From an uncultured Actinomycetes bacterium (GTDB taxonomy: Bacteria > Actinomycetota > Actinomycetes > S36-B12 > CAIYMF01), in the NCBI GenBank assembly GCA_963843975.1, contig CAWJMG010000003.1, positions 1,440,001 to 1,472,000 of the forward strand: 32,000 bases of DNA. Direction: 5' to 3'. The notes under the pieces are model-generated. The model did no database searches. It saw only the letters and a list, made by a program, of their open reading frames with translations, and was not told the DNA's origin. Positions 31,128-32,000 of this stretch are shown here, one piece after another. Both the position numbers and the translations under genes were made by a program. The stretch's first letter is position 1, and each line of letters starts with the position of its first letter.

Positions 31128-31742
31128 TCAGGCCGTGCCGCCGCCGCCGGGAACGTCCAGTGCGGACGTCACGACGTGGTCGACGATGCCGTACTCCTTG
31201 GCCTCGTCCGCGGAAAACCACTTCTCCCACTCGGAGTCCTCGATGATGCGCTCGACCGGCTGACCGGAGTGGTGCGCGATGAGCTCGGCCATCTGGCGCT
31301 TGATGAGCAGCATCTGCTCGGCCTGCTTCTGCACGAGGCTCTGGACGCCGCCGAGGCCGCCCAGCGGCTGGTGCATCATCACGCGGGCGTGCTTGAGCGC
31401 GTAGCGCTTGTTGGGCGCGCCGGCCGTCAGCAGGAACTGGCCCATCGACGCGCACATGCCGAGCCCGAAGGTGGCCACGTCGTTGGGCACGAACTGCATC
31501 GTGTCGTAGATCGCCATGCCCGCCGAGACGCTGCCGCCCGGGCTGTTGACGTACAGGTTGATGTCGGCCTTGGGATCCTCGGCCGAGAGCAGCAGGAGCT
31601 GACGGACGATCTCGTTCGCCATCTCGTCGCGCACCTCTCCCTCGAGGAAGAGGATCCGCTCACGGAGGAGTCGCTCCTTGATCGAGTCGCCGTAGCCGGT
31701 CACGCCAGCGCCGGGGCCTCGATCGGTCCAGGTACCGCTCAC
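31128..31742 (-). CDS. clpP1: ATP-dependent Clp protease proteolytic subunit ClpP1 (Glu at the catalytic Asp position)
   Basis: The track ORF is over-extended to 31826. The GTG at 31740-31742 has GGGAGGA 5 nt upstream, giving 204 aa. It is ClpP1-like ([37 protein letters not shown], Ser in [10 protein letters not shown], His in RVMMHQP). It reads [14 protein letters not shown] where SDRDRWF is expected. Confidence 0.9.
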   Translation of the reverse strand: MSGTWTDRGPGAGVTGYGDSIKERLLRERILFLEGEVRDEMANEIVRQLLLLSAEDPKADINLYVNSPGGSVSAGMAIYDTMQFVPNDVATFGLGMCASMGQFLLTAGAPNKRYALKHARVMMHQPLGGLGGVQSLVQKQAEQMLLIKRQMAELIAHHSGQPVERIIEDSEWEKWFSADEAKEYGIVDHVVTSALDVPGGGGTA

Positions 31743-31801
31743 GGTGGTCCTCCCAGGTAAGTCCGCGTCGTACGTCGTCGCGTGCTCGACCCTAACGACG
31801 A

Positions 31802-31835
31802 AACACCCCCGTGCCATCCCGGGCACGGGGGTGTT
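31802..31835 (-). terminator. Intrinsic-terminator-like hairpin (14-bp perfect stem, 6-nt loop) followed by UUUCGUCGUU on the minus strand
   Basis: Sequence: AACACCCCCGTGCC-atcccg-GGCACGGGGGTGTT. It lies 43 nt downstream of the upstream gene's stop (31879) and upstream of clpP1. Confidence 0.65.
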
Positions 31836-31878
31836 CGCCGTAGGCGTGACGCGGGCCGCTCAGCGCGACCCGGACGGG

Positions 31879-32000
31879 TCAGTGGTTGTGACCCTCGTGG
31901 TCGTCGTGGTCGTGACCCTCGTGGTCGTGACCCTCGTGGTCGTGGCCCTCGTGGCTGTCGAACTCGGGGACGCCGGCAGTCGCGAGCTCGTTGAGCGCCG
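31879..32000 (-). CDS. 3' end of a gene with a His-rich C-terminal tail (probably trigger factor, by synteny only)
   Basis: The open minus-strand frame to the window edge reads ...ALNELATAGVPEFDSHEGHDHEGHDHEGHDHDDHEGHNH, with the stop (TGA) at 31879-31881. The tig-clpP1-clpP2-clpX order is conserved in actinobacteria. The 40 aa visible here do not themselves identify tig. Confidence 0.5.
   Translation of the reverse strand, partial: ALNELATAGVPEFDSHEGHDHEGHDHEGHDHDDHEGHNH
31888..31954. repeat. Imperfect 15-bp tandem repeat (GTGACCCTCGTGGTC) encoding the HEGHD repeats
   Basis: There are three exact 15-mers (31888-31902, 31912-31926, 31927-31941) and one variant (31942-31954). The repeat is in frame and coding. 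Confidence 0.8.

Noticed and set aside
31743-31801. A ClgR-type operator or promoter upstream of clpP1 (TAGGGT -10-like hexamer, CGTACG core)
   Set aside because: I could not match a dyad to the ClgR consensus from memory with any confidence. Only a 6-bp palindrome is present, and the -35 region is poor.
31888-31954. 15-bp tandem repeats considered as a CRISPR-like or non-coding VNTR array
   Set aside because: The repeats are contiguous with no spacers, in frame, and encode the HEGHD tail of the upstream gene.

Overview
This 32-kb window comes from a very GC-rich actinobacterial chromosome: roughly 70% GC by eye, with third-codon-position GC above 90% in the real genes. Gene order and protein sequences match the conserved core block I know from Mycobacterium, Streptomyces and Nocardioides-type genomes. 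The exact taxon cannot be fixed from this window. Of 30 coding regions, 27 are on the minus strand. Reading the minus strand from the right edge: the 3' end of a His-tailed gene (probably tig), clpP1, clpP2, then clpX, whose frame is broken by one extra base. Next come valS and a Pro-rich membrane protein on the plus strand. Then folC, DUF4233, ndk, mreB, mreC, mreD, mrdA (PBP2), rodA, a TIGR03960 radical SAM gene with its TIGR03936 partner, rne, rplU, rpmA and obg. After obg come an SRPBCC/ArsR pair (with DUF1905 on the plus strand), proB, a small hypothetical, a Na+/H+ antiporter, proA, a 48-aa membrane peptide, nadD, and an LCP-like membrane protein that runs off the left edge and is absent from the ORF track. 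I saw no rRNA, tRNA, CRISPR, transposase, integrase, phage or recognisable defence genes. This is a housekeeping region. The only candidate for an undescribed system is the conserved but uncharacterised radical SAM pair between rodA and rne. Most long plus-strand ORFs in the track are antisense shadows of real genes, and several track ORFs are over-extended at the 5' end; I re-set those starts by hand. The points most worth a second look are: (1) the clpX frameshift; (2) the radical SAM pair; (3) a 55-bp palindromic repeat family present twice at operon ends; (4) ClpP1 with Glu at the catalytic Asp position; (5) a dual palindromic operator at the ArsR operon; (6) two ORFs missing from the track.
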